64,000 bases of DNA, taken from contig CAWJRG010000006.1 in NCBI GenBank assembly GCA_963845185.1, forward strand, positions 83,388 to 147,387, written 5' to 3'. Positions 1 to 11,647 of the stretch are shown here, one piece after another. Numbering within the stretch: the first letter of the stretch is position 1; each line of letters starts with the position of its first letter. The DNA comes from an uncultured bacterium. Lineage in GTDB: Bacteria; Oederibacteriota; PGYV01; CAWJRG01. The notes below the pieces were generated by a model, which saw nothing but the letters and a program-made list of their open reading frames with translations, did not search any database and was not told where the DNA came from. The position numbers and the translations under genes were made by a program.

Positions 1-501
1 ATCGCGGTCATAGGCGGAGGCGATACCGCGGCCGAAGAATCGGTTTTTTTGACGCGGTTTGCAAAAAAGGTTTACCTGATACACAGGAGGGACAGGCTGC
101 GCGCGACAAAGGTCCTGCAGGAACGCGCCCTGTCAAATACCAAAATCCAGCCTGTTTTTGACACTGTGGTCGGGGAAATCATCGGCGAAAAAGCGGTTGA
201 AAAAATAAGATTAAAAAACATCAAGACAAACGAAACCAGGGACCTTGCGGTCAGCGGGGTTTTTATATTCGTGGGGCTCACGCCGAACACCGAGTTTTTG
301 GCAGGATACCTTGACATGACCGATGAGGGATATATAAAAACCAGCGCTGAAATGAAGACTTCAAAAGCCGGGATTTTCGCCGCAGGCGACTGCGTAGACA
401 AGAAATTCAGGCAGATAATCACCGCTGCCGGCGACGGGGCGACTGCCTCATATTTCGCGCAGCATTACGTTGAGCACCTGAAAGGCACGGAATACGTATA
501 A
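1..501 (+). CDS. trxB: Thioredoxin-disulfide reductase, 5'-truncated by window edge
   Basis: Frame 1 reads IAVIGGGDTAAEES; later IHRRDRLRA, GVFIFVG and GIFAAGD...RQIITAAGDGA motifs. Confidence 0.95.
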   Translation: MAVIGGGDTAAEESVFLTRFAKKVYLIHRRDRLRATKVLQERALSNTKIQPVFDTVVGEIIGEKAVEKIRLKNIKTNETRDLAVSGVFIFVGLTPNTEFLAGYLDMTDEGYIKTSAEMKTSKAGIFAAGDCVDKKFRQIITAAGDGATASYFAQHYVEHLKGTEYV

Positions 502-571
502 ATACAGGCTCCTGCTCCGCGCATTTTTTTTTAACCCGTTAATTTATCCATAACCTATCCGGCAAATAATT

Positions 572-599
572 GGAACATTTTTCCATAAAAATTGTCTAA
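572..599 (+). promoter_or_regulatory. Putative ECF sigma-factor promoter GGAAC-N17-GTCTAA
   Basis: Same bipartite motif with identical spacing recurs at 26203, 28607 and 30651. Confidence 0.6.
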
Positions 600-624
600 T
601 TATCAACAGGAGAGTGTATCAGGA

Positions 625-1353
625 ATGATTAATAAGAAGGCATTTGCAATAATCTTATTTTTTACCGCTGTTTTTTCATTATGCCTATACGCCGGCAATT
701 ACAAATTCGGGTTCCCTTTGCCGGGCACTGCTGCGCCGGATTCCGTGCCCCTGGATGCCATGAGAAAAATAGCCGCGGATTCAGCCGTGTCCGTATGGGG
801 GCAGGCTTTACCGGTGGCGGAAATACCGTGCTGCGGCATGGACGGCGCAGAATCTTTTTATTATTTTGTCTTCAGGATAGACGGCGGCGCGCCGGGGGAT
901 TACCCGTCAATCACATCTGAAATCATGCAGGGAAGGGCCGATTACAAAGAAATAATAAATTCCCCCGTGAATAACACGAAAGAATATTACGCTAAATTCC
1001 TGGACGCGAAAAAAAGGAAGTGGGGCATAGGCAGGTACGGGACCGTCGTAGTTTCATGCAGGCTGTCGTTCCCGCCGGTGCCAGAGTTTATACACGGCCT
1101 GCCGCCTTTTTATACCATGCTTGATATTATGGCGTCGCAGTGCCCTGCAGGGGCAACGCTTACGAGGATTTATTATATTACGCCCATGGACCAGTTTTAT
1201 GAATTTTCCTCAGGCAGCAAAAGCACGGTAATTGACGGGCTGTCGCTGAAAGTTGAGGACATGGACGGCCTGAAGAAAAGATACCCGGGCTCATTTGCCT
1301 CCAATGCAAATGAAAAAAATTTTGAAAAGGAATGGGCCCGCTATGGCCGCTAA
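625..1353 (+). CDS. Secreted protein resembling a stand-alone peptidase propeptide/Spi-type inhibitor
   Basis: Signal peptide MINKKAFAIILFF...; FYYFVF...GTVVVS...PP pattern recalls the YVFN...GFVIVS...P pattern of streptopain prodomain/Spi; overlaps start of downstream peptidase gene. Confidence 0.55.
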   Translation: MINKKAFAIILFFTAVFSLCLYAGNYKFGFPLPGTAAPDSVPLDAMRKIAADSAVSVWGQALPVAEIPCCGMDGAESFYYFVFRIDGGAPGDYPSITSEIMQGRADYKEIINSPVNNTKEYYAKFLDAKKRKWGIGRYGTVVVSCRLSFPPVPEFIHGLPPFYTMLDIMASQCPAGATLTRIYYITPMDQFYEFSSGSKSTVIDGLSLKVEDMDGLKKRYPGSFASNANEKNFEKEWARYGR

Positions 1354-4300
1354 AAAAACCCTCCTCATATCAGCCTTTATATTATGCGTATTTTCACTGC
1401 ATGCGGCTTATCATTATGTTCCTTACATGGACGGGGCAGACATGACGCGCATGCCTGCTTTTTTGTGGTATGCGGGCTGCGCCCCGACATCAGCGTGCAT
1501 GGTACTGGGTTACTGGGATAATTACGGCGCCATGGGCGGCGGGACTTATGGCAAGAACATCAATTACGGCAAACTTTTGCAGTATTATATGGACAAGACC
1601 GCAATGCTTACGCTGAAGGGGTACAACGGGACGATTTTTTCGTGGAGTTATTACGACGCGGACGTGCCAAAGGCAAAAACACAGTACGAGCTGGCGTATT
1701 ATATGCACACCGATTCCGGCGGCGGCACAACCACCAATATGGCGCCGGTGGGAATAGCAACGGTCGCGGCATCCAGGGGCTATACCGACGCGACCAGCGA
1801 AGATTTGCAGGGAACCGCGGCCAATGACTGGTCGTGGCAAAACCTTGTGAATTCCATCAACAGCGGGCAGCCGTGCATATGGTACAACATCATATCCAGC
1901 CAGGGGCATGCCATGGCGGCATGGGGATACAATGACAACAAGTATGTCATGGTTTACAACACATGGGATGAAATGCGCCATGATTATTATTACCAGTATT
2001 ACACCGGAGTGACAGGCATGGCTAATGTGCTTGCAGGCGTGACCACGTTCAATCCCGGGACCATGGGCATGGATTCGGACGCGGAGCTTTTTTCGCCTGA
2101 CGGCGGCGAGGCATGGGCCGATAACATACCGCAAAGCATACACTGGCAGCAGTACGGGCCAAGCATAGATACAGTGAACATATTTTATTCCCAGGACGGC
2201 GGGCTGGACTGGACGCAAATAACTTCAACTGCGGGCGCAACAGGCGACAATTATTTTACATGGACCCCTCCGGGTACAGTGAACTCAACGAGAATGAGGG
2301 TCAGGATAGAGGGGTGGTCCGGAGGCGGGAGCGGCCTGCATTACGGCGACGACGGCAGCAGGCAGAATTTCTCGTGCACGGCACCTACATTTACATGCAC
2401 ACCGACGCCGACATTTACAGGCACGCCGACAATAACGCAGACATATACAGTAACGCCTTTAGTGTCGCCGACGGGCACCCCGATAATAACCAGTGTTCCC
2501 ACCATAATTCCGGGGTCAACGCCCTGCTTTATAACGCAATGGGGCGGTTTAGGAACCGGCAACGGGCAGTTTTATAATCCTTACGGAGTAGCAGCAGACA
2601 GCAGCGGAAACGTGTATGTTTCAGACACTTATAACAACAGGATACAAAAATTCAGCAGCACAGGCACATATATAACGCAGTGGGGCGGTTTAGGAACAGG
2701 CAACGGGCAGTTTGAATACCCCAATGGAATAGCGGCAGACAGCAGCGGGAACGTGTATGTTGCAGACACTGATAATAACAGGATACAAAAATTTGACAGT
2801 ACAGGCACATATATAACGCAATGGGGAAGTCCGGGAACCGGCAACGGGCAGTTTAGCTGGCCCTATGGAGTAGCAGCAGACAGCAGCGGAAGCGTGTATG
2901 TTTCGGATGCTGATAACAGCAACATCCAGAAATTCAGCAGTACAGGCACATATATAACGCAATGGGGAAGTCCGGGAACCGGCAACGGGCAGTTTAGCTG
3001 GCCCTATGGAGTAGCAGCAGACAGCAGCGGAAGCGTGTATGTTTCGGATGCTGATAACAGCAACATCCAGAAATTCAGCAGTACAGGCACATATATAACA
3101 CAGTGGGGAAGTTACGGAACAGGCAACGGGCAGTTTGATTATCCTGAAGGATTGGCTGCAGACAGCAGCGGAAACGTGTACGTTATAGACGATGGCAATG
3201 ACAGGGTACAGGAGTTCAGCAGTACAGGCACATATATAACACAATGGGGAAGTTCCGGGACAGGCAACGGGCAGTTTGATTTTCCTTATGGAGTGGCAAT
3301 GGACAGCAGCGGAAACGTGTATGTTTCAGACACTGAAAATAATATAATCCAGAAATTCGGCGCGTGCCTCAGCCCTACGCCGACTCCGACATCCGGGCCG
3401 ACGCCCTGTTTTATAATGCAGTGGGGAAGTTACGGGACAGGCAACGGGCAGTTTAACGGTCCTGTAGGAATAGCAATAGACAGCAGCGGAAATGTGTATG
3501 TTTCAGACAATGAAAGAATCCAGAAATTCAGCAGCACAGGCGCATACATAACGCAATGGGGCAGCCTAGGAAACGGAATTGGGCAGTTTAACGGCCCTAC
3601 CGGAATAGCAACAGACAGCAGCGGAAACGTGTACGTTGTGGACACTTATAATGACAGGATCCAGATATTCAGCAGCACAGGCGCATACATAACCCAGTGG
3701 GGAGGTTTTGGATTTGGCCCCGGGCAGTTTTACTGGCCCGGTGACATAGCATTGGACAGCAGCGGAAACGCATATGTTGCAGATTCCAGCAACAGCAGAA
3801 TTCAGGTGCTGAGCAGTACAGGCGCATATTTAACCCAGTGGGGAAGTTATGGGACAGGCAACGGGCAGTTTAACTCGCCTTATTTCCTGGCGCTGGACAG
3901 CAGCGGAAACGTGTACGTTGCAGACGATGTTAACGACAGAATACAAAAATTCAACAGTGCAGGCACATACATAACGCAATGGGGCAGTGCCGGGACCGGC
4001 CCGGGGCAGTTTAATAACCCGTGGGGGCTGGCGGCAGACAGCAGCGGGAACGTGTATGTTGCGGACAATTCCAACGGCAGAATCCAGGAATTCAGCAGTA
4101 CAGGCGCATACATAACGCAATGGGGCAGCATAGGAAACGGCATAGGGCAGTTTATTTATCCTGATTCCGTGGCAATAGACAGGAGCGGAAACATATATGT
4201 TACGGACGAAGGCAATAACAGGATCCAGAAATTCGGCGCGTGCGGTAACCCGACGCTTACTTTAACGGCAATACCTGCAATAACACAAACCATAACTGAA

Positions 4301-6064
4301 ACAACGACGGGCACTCCTACGATGACACAGACAAGGACGCCGGTCCCGTCGCAAACACAGACGTACACGGCAACGCCTGTCGTATCTTTGACAAACACAT
4401 TGACAACAACACTGACAAGCACAATGACACCTACGCCGACAATGACGCCGACTTTAACAACAACGCCTGTAGTGTCAATGACAGATACTGCGACAGCGAC
4501 GCCGACATATACGGCAACACCTGTAGTATCGGCGACAGAGACCCCTACAGCGACACAGACGTTTACAGCAACGCCTGTTGTGTCAGCCACAGACACGCCG
4601 ACAATAACGCCGACATATACTGCCACTTTAGTGTCCGGGCCTACGCCCTGTTACATACTTAACTGGGGAACATTCGGGGCCTCCAGCGCGCAGTTTAATA
4701 ATCCATATGGAGCAGCAGCGGACAGCGCCGGAAACGTGTATATCGCTGACACTGATAACAACAGGATCCAAAAATTCGACAGCACAGGCACATATATAAC
4801 CCAGTGGGGAAGTTCAGGAACAGGCATTGGCCAGCTTAACAGCCCCATGGGAATAGCAACAGACAGCAGCGGAAACGTATATGTTTCGGATTCGGGCAAT
4901 TACAGGATCCAAAAGTTCAACAGCACAGGCACTTATATAACCCAGTGGGGAAGTTTAGGAACGGGCATTGGGCAGTTTAGCTGGCCTTATGGAATAGCGG
5001 TTTACAGCAATGGAAATGTGTATGTTGTAGATACAGGCAACAACAGGATAGAAGAATTCAGCAGCACAGGCGCATATATAACCCAGTGGGGAAGCGCCGG
5101 CAGCGGCACAGGGCAGTTTTACAGCCCCATGGGAGCAGCCATGGACAGCAGCGGGGACGTGTATATAGTGGATACCAATAATAACAGGATAGAAGAATTC
5201 AGCAGTACAGGCGCGTATATAACCCAGTTTGGCGGCGCAGGAATCGGCAACGGCCAGCTTTTTTATCCGGAAGGGATAGCGGTGGACAACAGCGGAAACG
5301 TGTATGTTTCAGACAGCATGAACAACAGAATCGAAGAATTCGGCAGCAATGACATTTATTTTACACAGTGGGGCGCTTACGGGACCGGCGCAGGCCAGTT
5401 TAACGGGCCTGGCGGAGTAGCAGTGGACAGCAGCGGGGACGTGTATGTTGCAGACGTCAGTAATTTCAGGATACAAAAATTCGGAGCGTGCACCAGCCCG
5501 ACGCCGACTTTTACAAACACAGTATCGCAGACGCCTACATATACAAACACGCCGAGCCCGACGCCGACGTTTACGGTGACTCCAACATCGACATGCACAA
5601 ATACAGCCACGGCTACCGGCACAACAACGCTCACTTTTACTTATACCGCCACGATTACCCCTTCCCGGACAGCACTGGTTTTTACAGCCACGCCAACTTA
5701 TACGGCGACATACGCCGGGACCGTGACGCCGACTGTTATCCCGACCGAATCCACGGCAAGAATAATCAATCCTGTAATTTACCCCAACCCGTATGACCCG
5801 GCAGGTAACGGGGACTTGCGGATAAGGCTGCAGATTACGCAGGTATTTAAGAATATCAGGCTGAGGATATACACCGTGGCTTTCAGGCTGATAAGGGAAG
5901 AAACCTGGGACGGGGAATTCCAGGCAGGCGGAATAAACATAGACGTCGCGCAGGACAAGCTTTATAACATGGCAAACGGCACATATTATTTCCTGATAAC
6001 GGCTGAAACATGGGACGGGAAGACAATAAAAGGCAAGCCGGAAAACGTCATTATATTAAGATAA
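1343..6064 (+). CDS. Large secreted modular protein: papain-fold (C39-like/C10-like) Cys peptidase + Ig-like domain + three 6-bladed NHL propellers + Thr/Pro linkers + YPNP C-terminal domain
   Basis: Signal peptide from ATG 1343; GCAPTSACMVLGYW, GHAMAAWGY and YNTW catalytic-like motifs; SPDGGEAW Ig start; 18 NHL repeats; C-terminal IYPNPY...NGTYYF...IILR. Confidence 0.85.
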   Translation: MAAKKTLLISAFILCVFSLHAAYHYVPYMDGADMTRMPAFLWYAGCAPTSACMVLGYWDNYGAMGGGTYGKNINYGKLLQYYMDKTAMLTLKGYNGTIFSWSYYDADVPKAKTQYELAYYMHTDSGGGTTTNMAPVGIATVAASRGYTDATSEDLQGTAANDWSWQNLVNSINSGQPCIWYNIISSQGHAMAAWGYNDNKYVMVYNTWDEMRHDYYYQYYTGVTGMANVLAGVTTFNPGTMGMDSDAELFSPDGGEAWADNIPQSIHWQQYGPSIDTVNIFYSQDGGLDWTQITSTAGATGDNYFTWTPPGTVNSTRMRVRIEGWSGGGSGLHYGDDGSRQNFSCTAPTFTCTPTPTFTGTPTITQTYTVTPLVSPTGTPIITSVPTIIPGSTPCFITQWGGLGTGNGQFYNPYGVAADSSGNVYVSDTYNNRIQKFSSTGTYITQWGGLGTGNGQFEYPNGIAADSSGNVYVADTDNNRIQKFDSTGTYITQWGSPGTGNGQFSWPYGVAADSSGSVYVSDADNSNIQKFSSTGTYITQWGSPGTGNGQFSWPYGVAADSSGSVYVSDADNSNIQKFSSTGTYITQWGSYGTGNGQFDYPEGLAADSSGNVYVIDDGNDRVQEFSSTGTYITQWGSSGTGNGQFDFPYGVAMDSSGNVYVSDTENNIIQKFGACLSPTPTPTSGPTPCFIMQWGSYGTGNGQFNGPVGIAIDSSGNVYVSDNERIQKFSSTGAYITQWGSLGNGIGQFNGPTGIATDSSGNVYVVDTYNDRIQIFSSTGAYITQWGGFGFGPGQFYWPGDIALDSSGNAYVADSSNSRIQVLSSTGAYLTQWGSYGTGNGQFNSPYFLALDSSGNVYVADDVNDRIQKFNSAGTYITQWGSAGTGPGQFNNPWGLAADSSGNVYVADNSNGRIQEFSSTGAYITQWGSIGNGIGQFIYPDSVAIDRSGNIYVTDEGNNRIQKFGACGNPTLTLTAIPAITQTITETTTGTPTMTQTRTPVPSQTQTYTATPVVSLTNTLTTTLTSTMTPTPTMTPTLTTTPVVSMTDTATATPTYTATPVVSATETPTATQTFTATPVVSATDTPTITPTYTATLVSGPTPCYILNWGTFGASSAQFNNPYGAAADSAGNVYIADTDNNRIQKFDSTGTYITQWGSSGTGIGQLNSPMGIATDSSGNVYVSDSGNYRIQKFNSTGTYITQWGSLGTGIGQFSWPYGIAVYSNGNVYVVDTGNNRIEEFSSTGAYITQWGSAGSGTGQFYSPMGAAMDSSGDVYIVDTNNNRIEEFSSTGAYITQFGGAGIGNGQLFYPEGIAVDNSGNVYVSDSMNNRIEEFGSNDIYFTQWGAYGTGAGQFNGPGGVAVDSSGDVYVADVSNFRIQKFGACTSPTPTFTNTVSQTPTYTNTPSPTPTFTVTPTSTCTNTATATGTTTLTFTYTATITPSRTALVFTATPTYTATYAGTVTPTVIPTESTARIINPVIYPNPYDPAGNGDLRIRLQITQVFKNIRLRIYTVAFRLIREETWDGEFQAGGINIDVAQDKLYNMANGTYYFLITAETWDGKTIKGKPENVIILR
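2799..3100 (+). repeat. Exact 141-bp tandem duplication of one NHL blade
   Basis: Blades 3 and 4 of propeller 1 are nucleotide-identical (SWPYGVAADSSGSVYVSDADNSNIQKF twice). Confidence 0.85.
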
Positions 6065-6089
6065 CGCTGCCTGCCAGGGAAGATTAAGT

Positions 6090-8395
6090 TCATTCCCGGT
6101 AAAACAAATAAACCGCGCCGAGGGCCAGGAAAATAAACACGATAAAATAAAATAAAATCATATACAGCTCAATGTTCAGGGGATGGTATTTAAAGATAAG
6201 GTCGTGCGTCCCTTTTGCGAGCTTTACGCCCATGTATATGCCGAAACATTTTTCAAGTTCAGCGGACTTGTTGTCCACGTACACTTTCCAGCCGGGATAA
6301 AAATTATTCGAAAAAATAAAATATCCGTCCTCGTCTATTGTGGCATTTACCTTATAAAAGGTAAAATCATATACTTTCCTCGACCAGGAAGACTGGGAAA
6401 TAAGCAGGTCCGGGACATCCCTGCTTTTTGAGGCGAAAAACATGGGAAGGGCACCGTGGTTTTTGTATATCTTGAAATACGGTCCGTCGTACATCTTGTC
6501 GTAATCGGGCGCAGACATATCCGAGAGCGAAACAAGGTATTTGACGTTCAATAAATTAAGCTTGCCGGGTCCAGGATTTCGTCGTCCCTGAATATCCCGG
6601 ACATGAAGTCGTGGTAACTTTTCAGCTCCAGGGCATCGTACCCGCCGGCTTCGGATATTTCAAAAAGCATGCCTGTGTTTGACGGTATCTGCATGAAGAA
6701 ATTTTTGTCCGAGTCAAAAACACTGGTTCCGGGTATGACCCTGTCCCTGTCGGCAGCGTCCGTGTGCATGATTTTATAATTATTTGATTTAACCATGGAA
6801 ACGGCAGGAATGGAAAGCGAGGCAGTGTCATATATTTTGTTCCCGACAACCGGGTTTATGCCGGATATAAAATAAAGGGACTCAAAAAACATGAAAAACA
6901 CCAGGATGACCGAATAAAAACCCGTCGAAATCCTGCCTTTTTCCTTGAAAAAGAAAAGCGCGATATTAAAGCCGAAAATAAGAAAAAATACCAGGCAGCC
7001 GTAAATGAATTTCAGGAAAACGGGGTAATCCATGCCGTAAACTTTCATCAGCTGCAGCCGGTTGAGGATTACAAGGGCAAAAACCAGGACCATAAACAAA
7101 AACACCTTAAAAAGGCGGCTTGAAAATTTAAGGCTGAAATAACTGCTTACGCGGGAAAAAGGCGTCAGCTTGTCGAAAAGCGAAAGCTGGACCTCGTTTA
7201 TGAAATTAATATTCTCCAGCGAAAAGGCAGCCATTATTGCGAACGGGAGTATAACCAGCGTCATTGCGAACGCGGGATGGCGCATGGCCGAGAAAAATGG
7301 GATAAAAGTGAAAAACCAGGAGTAAACCGGCGTGTTCCTGCCCATGGCCATGAGCAGGCCGGCGCACAATACAAGCGCACTCCACACGTAAAGCCTGTTT
7401 TTCGGGTAAAAGAAGGATACGGTAACCAGGAACAGGGCGGTTATTGTAAAAAAGTTCATTGTGCCCATGGCATAAGAAAGCCAGTCAGTTAAATAATTCA
7501 TATCAACGCCTTTTATGCCCGCAGGCATCATGAAAGCCAGCAGGTTTTCGAAAGACACGGAATAAGCGGAGACTGCCCTGTAATCAAGGCCGGCCATCCT
7601 GGAAGAATTTTTCATTAATTCGAGGAACAGGCCAAGCTGGGGCAGCACAAGCAGGGCGAATGCAAATGAACTTATAAGAAAAAAAAGCAGGATTTTCATT
7701 ATATAAGGCCATGAAAACCTGAATTCTTTTGTCGCGGAAAGGTGGTAAAGCCAGAAAGCGGACAACAGCAGCAGGGTATATATAAATACAGGAGGATGGC
7801 CGGACAAGAAACTTAAAGCAAGCAGGCATATAAACAGAACCCAGTAAACAACTTTTTTTTCTGCCAGGAATTTTTTGAAAACAAGTATTATCAGGGGCAA
7901 AAAAGCCAGAGCACCCAGCGCGCTGAGAAAATCAATTTTTGTCACGGTGAAAGAATTGAACAAAAAGACAAAAGAACCGGCTATCGAGGGCAGCGGGGAA
8001 AAGTTAAAAGCGCGCAAAAGAAAGTAGATGGACACGCCCATTATAACGAAATGCGCGAGCACATATATTTTCAAGGCCGGCGAAAAGTCAAGAAAATAGA
8101 AAACTATGCCCAAGGGATAAAAGGCGCCCTTTTGTATATCGGCAAGATACGGCATGCCTGAAAATACAAACGGGTTCCAGAAAGGCACGGCCCTGTTTTC
8201 AATTGACTGCTTCAGGAAATTTTTCCACGGGAAAAACTGGGTGTATATGTCGCCGATAAAGAAATTGTCCTTAAAAAAAACAGTTTTATAAAAGTAAACA
8301 AAAACTGCCAGTATTATAAATACGCATGCCAGGAAATCCGGGTTTATTTTACGGGGTTTGTCTGTTCCGTACATTATTTTTTCTCCATCGCGCAA
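6090..8395 (-). CDS. YfhO-family (GT-C-like) membrane protein, split by a 1-nt frameshift near 6563
   Basis: PFWNPFVFSGMPYLAD motif in the 615-aa ORF; FSNNFYPGWKVYVD in the 153-aa ORF; adding one A gives DPAKLNLLNVKY, the typical junction. True start may be 8371. Confidence 0.8.
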
Positions 8396-11300
8396 ACCGC
8401 GTCCATTTCGGTTTTTATTTTTTTGTCTTTTGTCAGATCAAAATAACGGCCGTAATAATAACATGATTCTGAATATTTTTCCATATCTTTGAGAAGGCCG
8501 GCTTTATTGAGGTAAAGCTCGCTCACGGGGAAAGAAACCAGCTCTTTTTCAGGAGGGGATAGGGGATTTGCGGAAGGCATGCCTTTTTCTATCCCGTCGT
8601 ATTCAGCCAGCGCCGCGCTGTAATTTTTGTCTTTCCAGTAAAGCACGGCAATGTTATTCCTTGCCGTGAAATAATACGGCTCGAGTTCCACCGCGGCCTT
8701 CAGGTATTTTTTGGAGAAGGTCCTCGTCATTCAAACAGGAGTAGCAAAATCCGGCGAACTCATTGTAAGTAAAAGCCCTGTAAGGGTTAAATTTTACCGC
8801 AAGATTATAATATGAGCGGGCTTCCTTATACATGTGCATTTTTGTGTAAATGCGGGCTAGGTGCAGGCAGTATGTTTCATTATGACTGTCATATTTCATG
8901 GCCAGTTCCAGGTAAAAAATTGCGGATTTTGAATCGTAAATCCCCTCGAAATATTTCCCGAGCTCAAAAAGGTATTTGTCGTTGAACTGTTCGGCAAGAT
9001 ACGCGTCATAAAGCGCCCCGTAATCCTTATTTTTTTCATACTGGCTGAACAAAAAACGCGACAATCCGGGGCGGAGCACAAAAACAAAAAGCAAAAAAGC
9101 GAGTATGAGCGCGGGGAAATAAGAAATGCGGGTAAAAAGCAGCAGTTCCTTGCGCACGGTCCTTAAGACGTATTTTTCCTTTACCACCATTGAGGCGGCT
9201 ATCGCCATGGTATAAAGTATGCCGGGGTCGTGAAGATTAAAGTCAAAAAGAGAGTAAAATAACATGCCTATAACCGCAAAATACGCGCCTGTGCACGAGG
9301 CCCATAATTTGTTATGGCCTTCATATACGGGAGGATGTTTCAAAAGGTTAAAGGCAAGGATTATAAACAAAATAAGCCCGGGTATGCCGGTGGCGGCGCC
9401 TATCTGAAGCAGTTCATTGTGGGCAAAAGGCGTATTCATCTGGTACCTGTACACCGAGTCAACCGGGAAATTATAAAGAGGAAAAACCCGCTCGAAACTT
9501 CCTATGCCATACCCGGTCAGGGGCCTGGCCAGGATCATTTTAAAAGCGGATTTGTAAATAAGCAGCCTGTTAAAATAAAACGGGTTTTCCGAAACACCGG
9601 TTATTTTTCTGCCTGACGGCAGCAGTTTTGTGAAAGACAGCGCTATCAGGAGCAGCAAAAGGCCTGCGATAATGAAGTATTTTATCCTGGCCGCGCCGGG
9701 CGTATCCCTTGAAGCGGCGAACTTTAACCTGTAGTAAAGCGCAACAGCCAATAAAATCACGATAAGCGTGAGTATCCCCCCCCTTGAACCGGTACAGGCA
9801 TTTACGAGAATAAAAAGCGCGGCTGCGGCTGTTTTTGCCGCGAGGTTCTTGAGGTTTTTTCCAAAGAGCATTTTTGAAAGTATAAAGGCGAAAGGTATTG
9901 TCATATAACTCGCGAAAAGGTTGGCATTCGGGAAAAAGGCATCGATGGAATGGGTGTCATGAGAAAAAAACCTGTAAGCAAGCTGCATAATACCCACAGC
10001 AGACAATATAATTCCAAGAGCCACAATAAAATTGGAAAGTATTATTTTGTAAACATATTTTTTCAGGAACTGCGAAGAAAGGTAAAAAATAAGCACGGCG
10101 CCCAAAACCAGGATTAAATACAACAGGCCCTGGTAAAGGTAGCTACTGTAGTACAGTGAAAAGGCAAACCAGGCTAGCATAAGAAGCATGGGTATGTCGA
10201 CAGGCGTGCGCCTTATATTTTCCTTGCTTATAGACCACAGCGCAAAGCCTGCAACTACAAGGATGTCCATAAGGGATAAAATATAAGCCTGTTTGCCGCC
10301 GGTTATTATTGAAAGCACAAGAATGCCGCAGATAATCCAGAATATCATGTCGCGCCTTTTGCCCGGGTTTATGCCGAGCATGTAGGTGAGCCTTAGCTTT
10401 TTTATTTCGATAAGGCCTATCTTCATCTGGCTCATGAGTATGGAAATCAGCGCCACAAATACCACGGTTATTTCAAAATTATAAACGTCAAAATCAACGA
10501 GGTTGTGTATCAAAAACGCAGAAGCGCCGGTCACAAGGGAGATTACAAGTATTTTATTATGGGGTTCCCTCAAAAAATAAAAGTTTTGCATTATTGTTTT
10601 ATACGCGTAAATTACCACTGCCGCAAACAGGGCCAGGCCGACAAGGCCGCTCTCCACGGTTATCTGCAAAATCACATTATGCGCGTATTTCAGATACATG
10701 GCAGGCGTGACAAGCGCCGAATTGTAAACTTCCTCGAAACTGCCCGGGCCCGAGCCGAAAAACAAGTGCTTTTTTATTATGCCCAGCATCAGGAGGTAAT
10801 CCGCGAGCCTGCCGCGCAAATCGGGAATAATGCTGTGAAAACCCCGGAAATATAAAACAGCGGACAAAACAGCAAGAAAACATGCGATACAAACCAGGAT
10901 TATTTTTTTAAAATCCCTTATTTCAGGGTCCGAGATAAAGAATAAAATGATTAAATAAGCAAGCACCAGGGAAACAACCGCGCCTATTGATTTTGTCAGG
11001 AATAAATTAACAACCAGCAGGAGAAAAAAAGGCGCGAGAACCGGCCTGAATTTTTTTTCGTTTTTCAAAAAGCCGAGCGCTAAAGGAATTATTAATATAA
11101 GAAAGCCGGCATAGGCGTTCGGGTAAATAAAAGTGGAAAAAATACGCTTGCTCTCAAGCCGTGATTTTATATCCTCGAAATTCGCCATGGGGTGCGCGGA
11201 TATAGACTGCAGGGCATCATTGAATCCGATAAAATACTGGTAAAGCCCGTATAAAGCCAGGACACCCGCAATGGCAAATATGAAATAAATGAAGTATTTA

Positions 11301-11647
11301 TGGTAAATGCGGGAGTAATTGTAAATGAGGTAATAAAGAAGGAGAAAGGTGCAAAACACTACGATCGCGTTTAAAGCGCTGAATTTATTTACGGCAAAGA
11401 AAAAAGACAATATATAAAAACAAAAAAGGAGGAAAAGGTAAGTGTCTATAGGGGTCTCAATGACGTTTTCTTCCTTTAATAATTTATTGCTCATTACGAA
11501 TAAAAATCCGGCGATAACAATCAGCGTTTTATAAAGCATGAGCAAATCAGGGTGCAAAAACGTAGGGAGAAAAAGCGACAAAGCTATAGTGAGTCCCAGT
11601 ATAAAAAGCGTAACGGAGTCTATTATTTTTAGGATTTTCTCGGTCAT
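8374..11647 (-). CDS. Tandem double O-antigen-ligase (Wzy_C) membrane protein with C-terminal TPRs, frameshift near 8716
   Basis: Two sets of ligase motifs (STFIYPNAYAGFL...HNVILQ and FFPNANLFASYM...AHNELLQ); removing one C gives DEDLSKKYLKAAVELEPYY, joining the 118-aa TPR ORF. Confidence 0.8.

Noticed and set aside
4156..4626. Val/Gly-rich minus-strand ORFs (also 5377, 29703, 33429, 35080, 37488)
   Set aside because: Antisense shadows of Thr/Pro linker codons
2520..5490. Diversity-generating retroelement acting on NHL blades
   Set aside because: No reverse transcriptase or non-coding template repeat in the window; variable codons include TGG, GAA and GGG, so changes are not limited to an AAY-derived pattern
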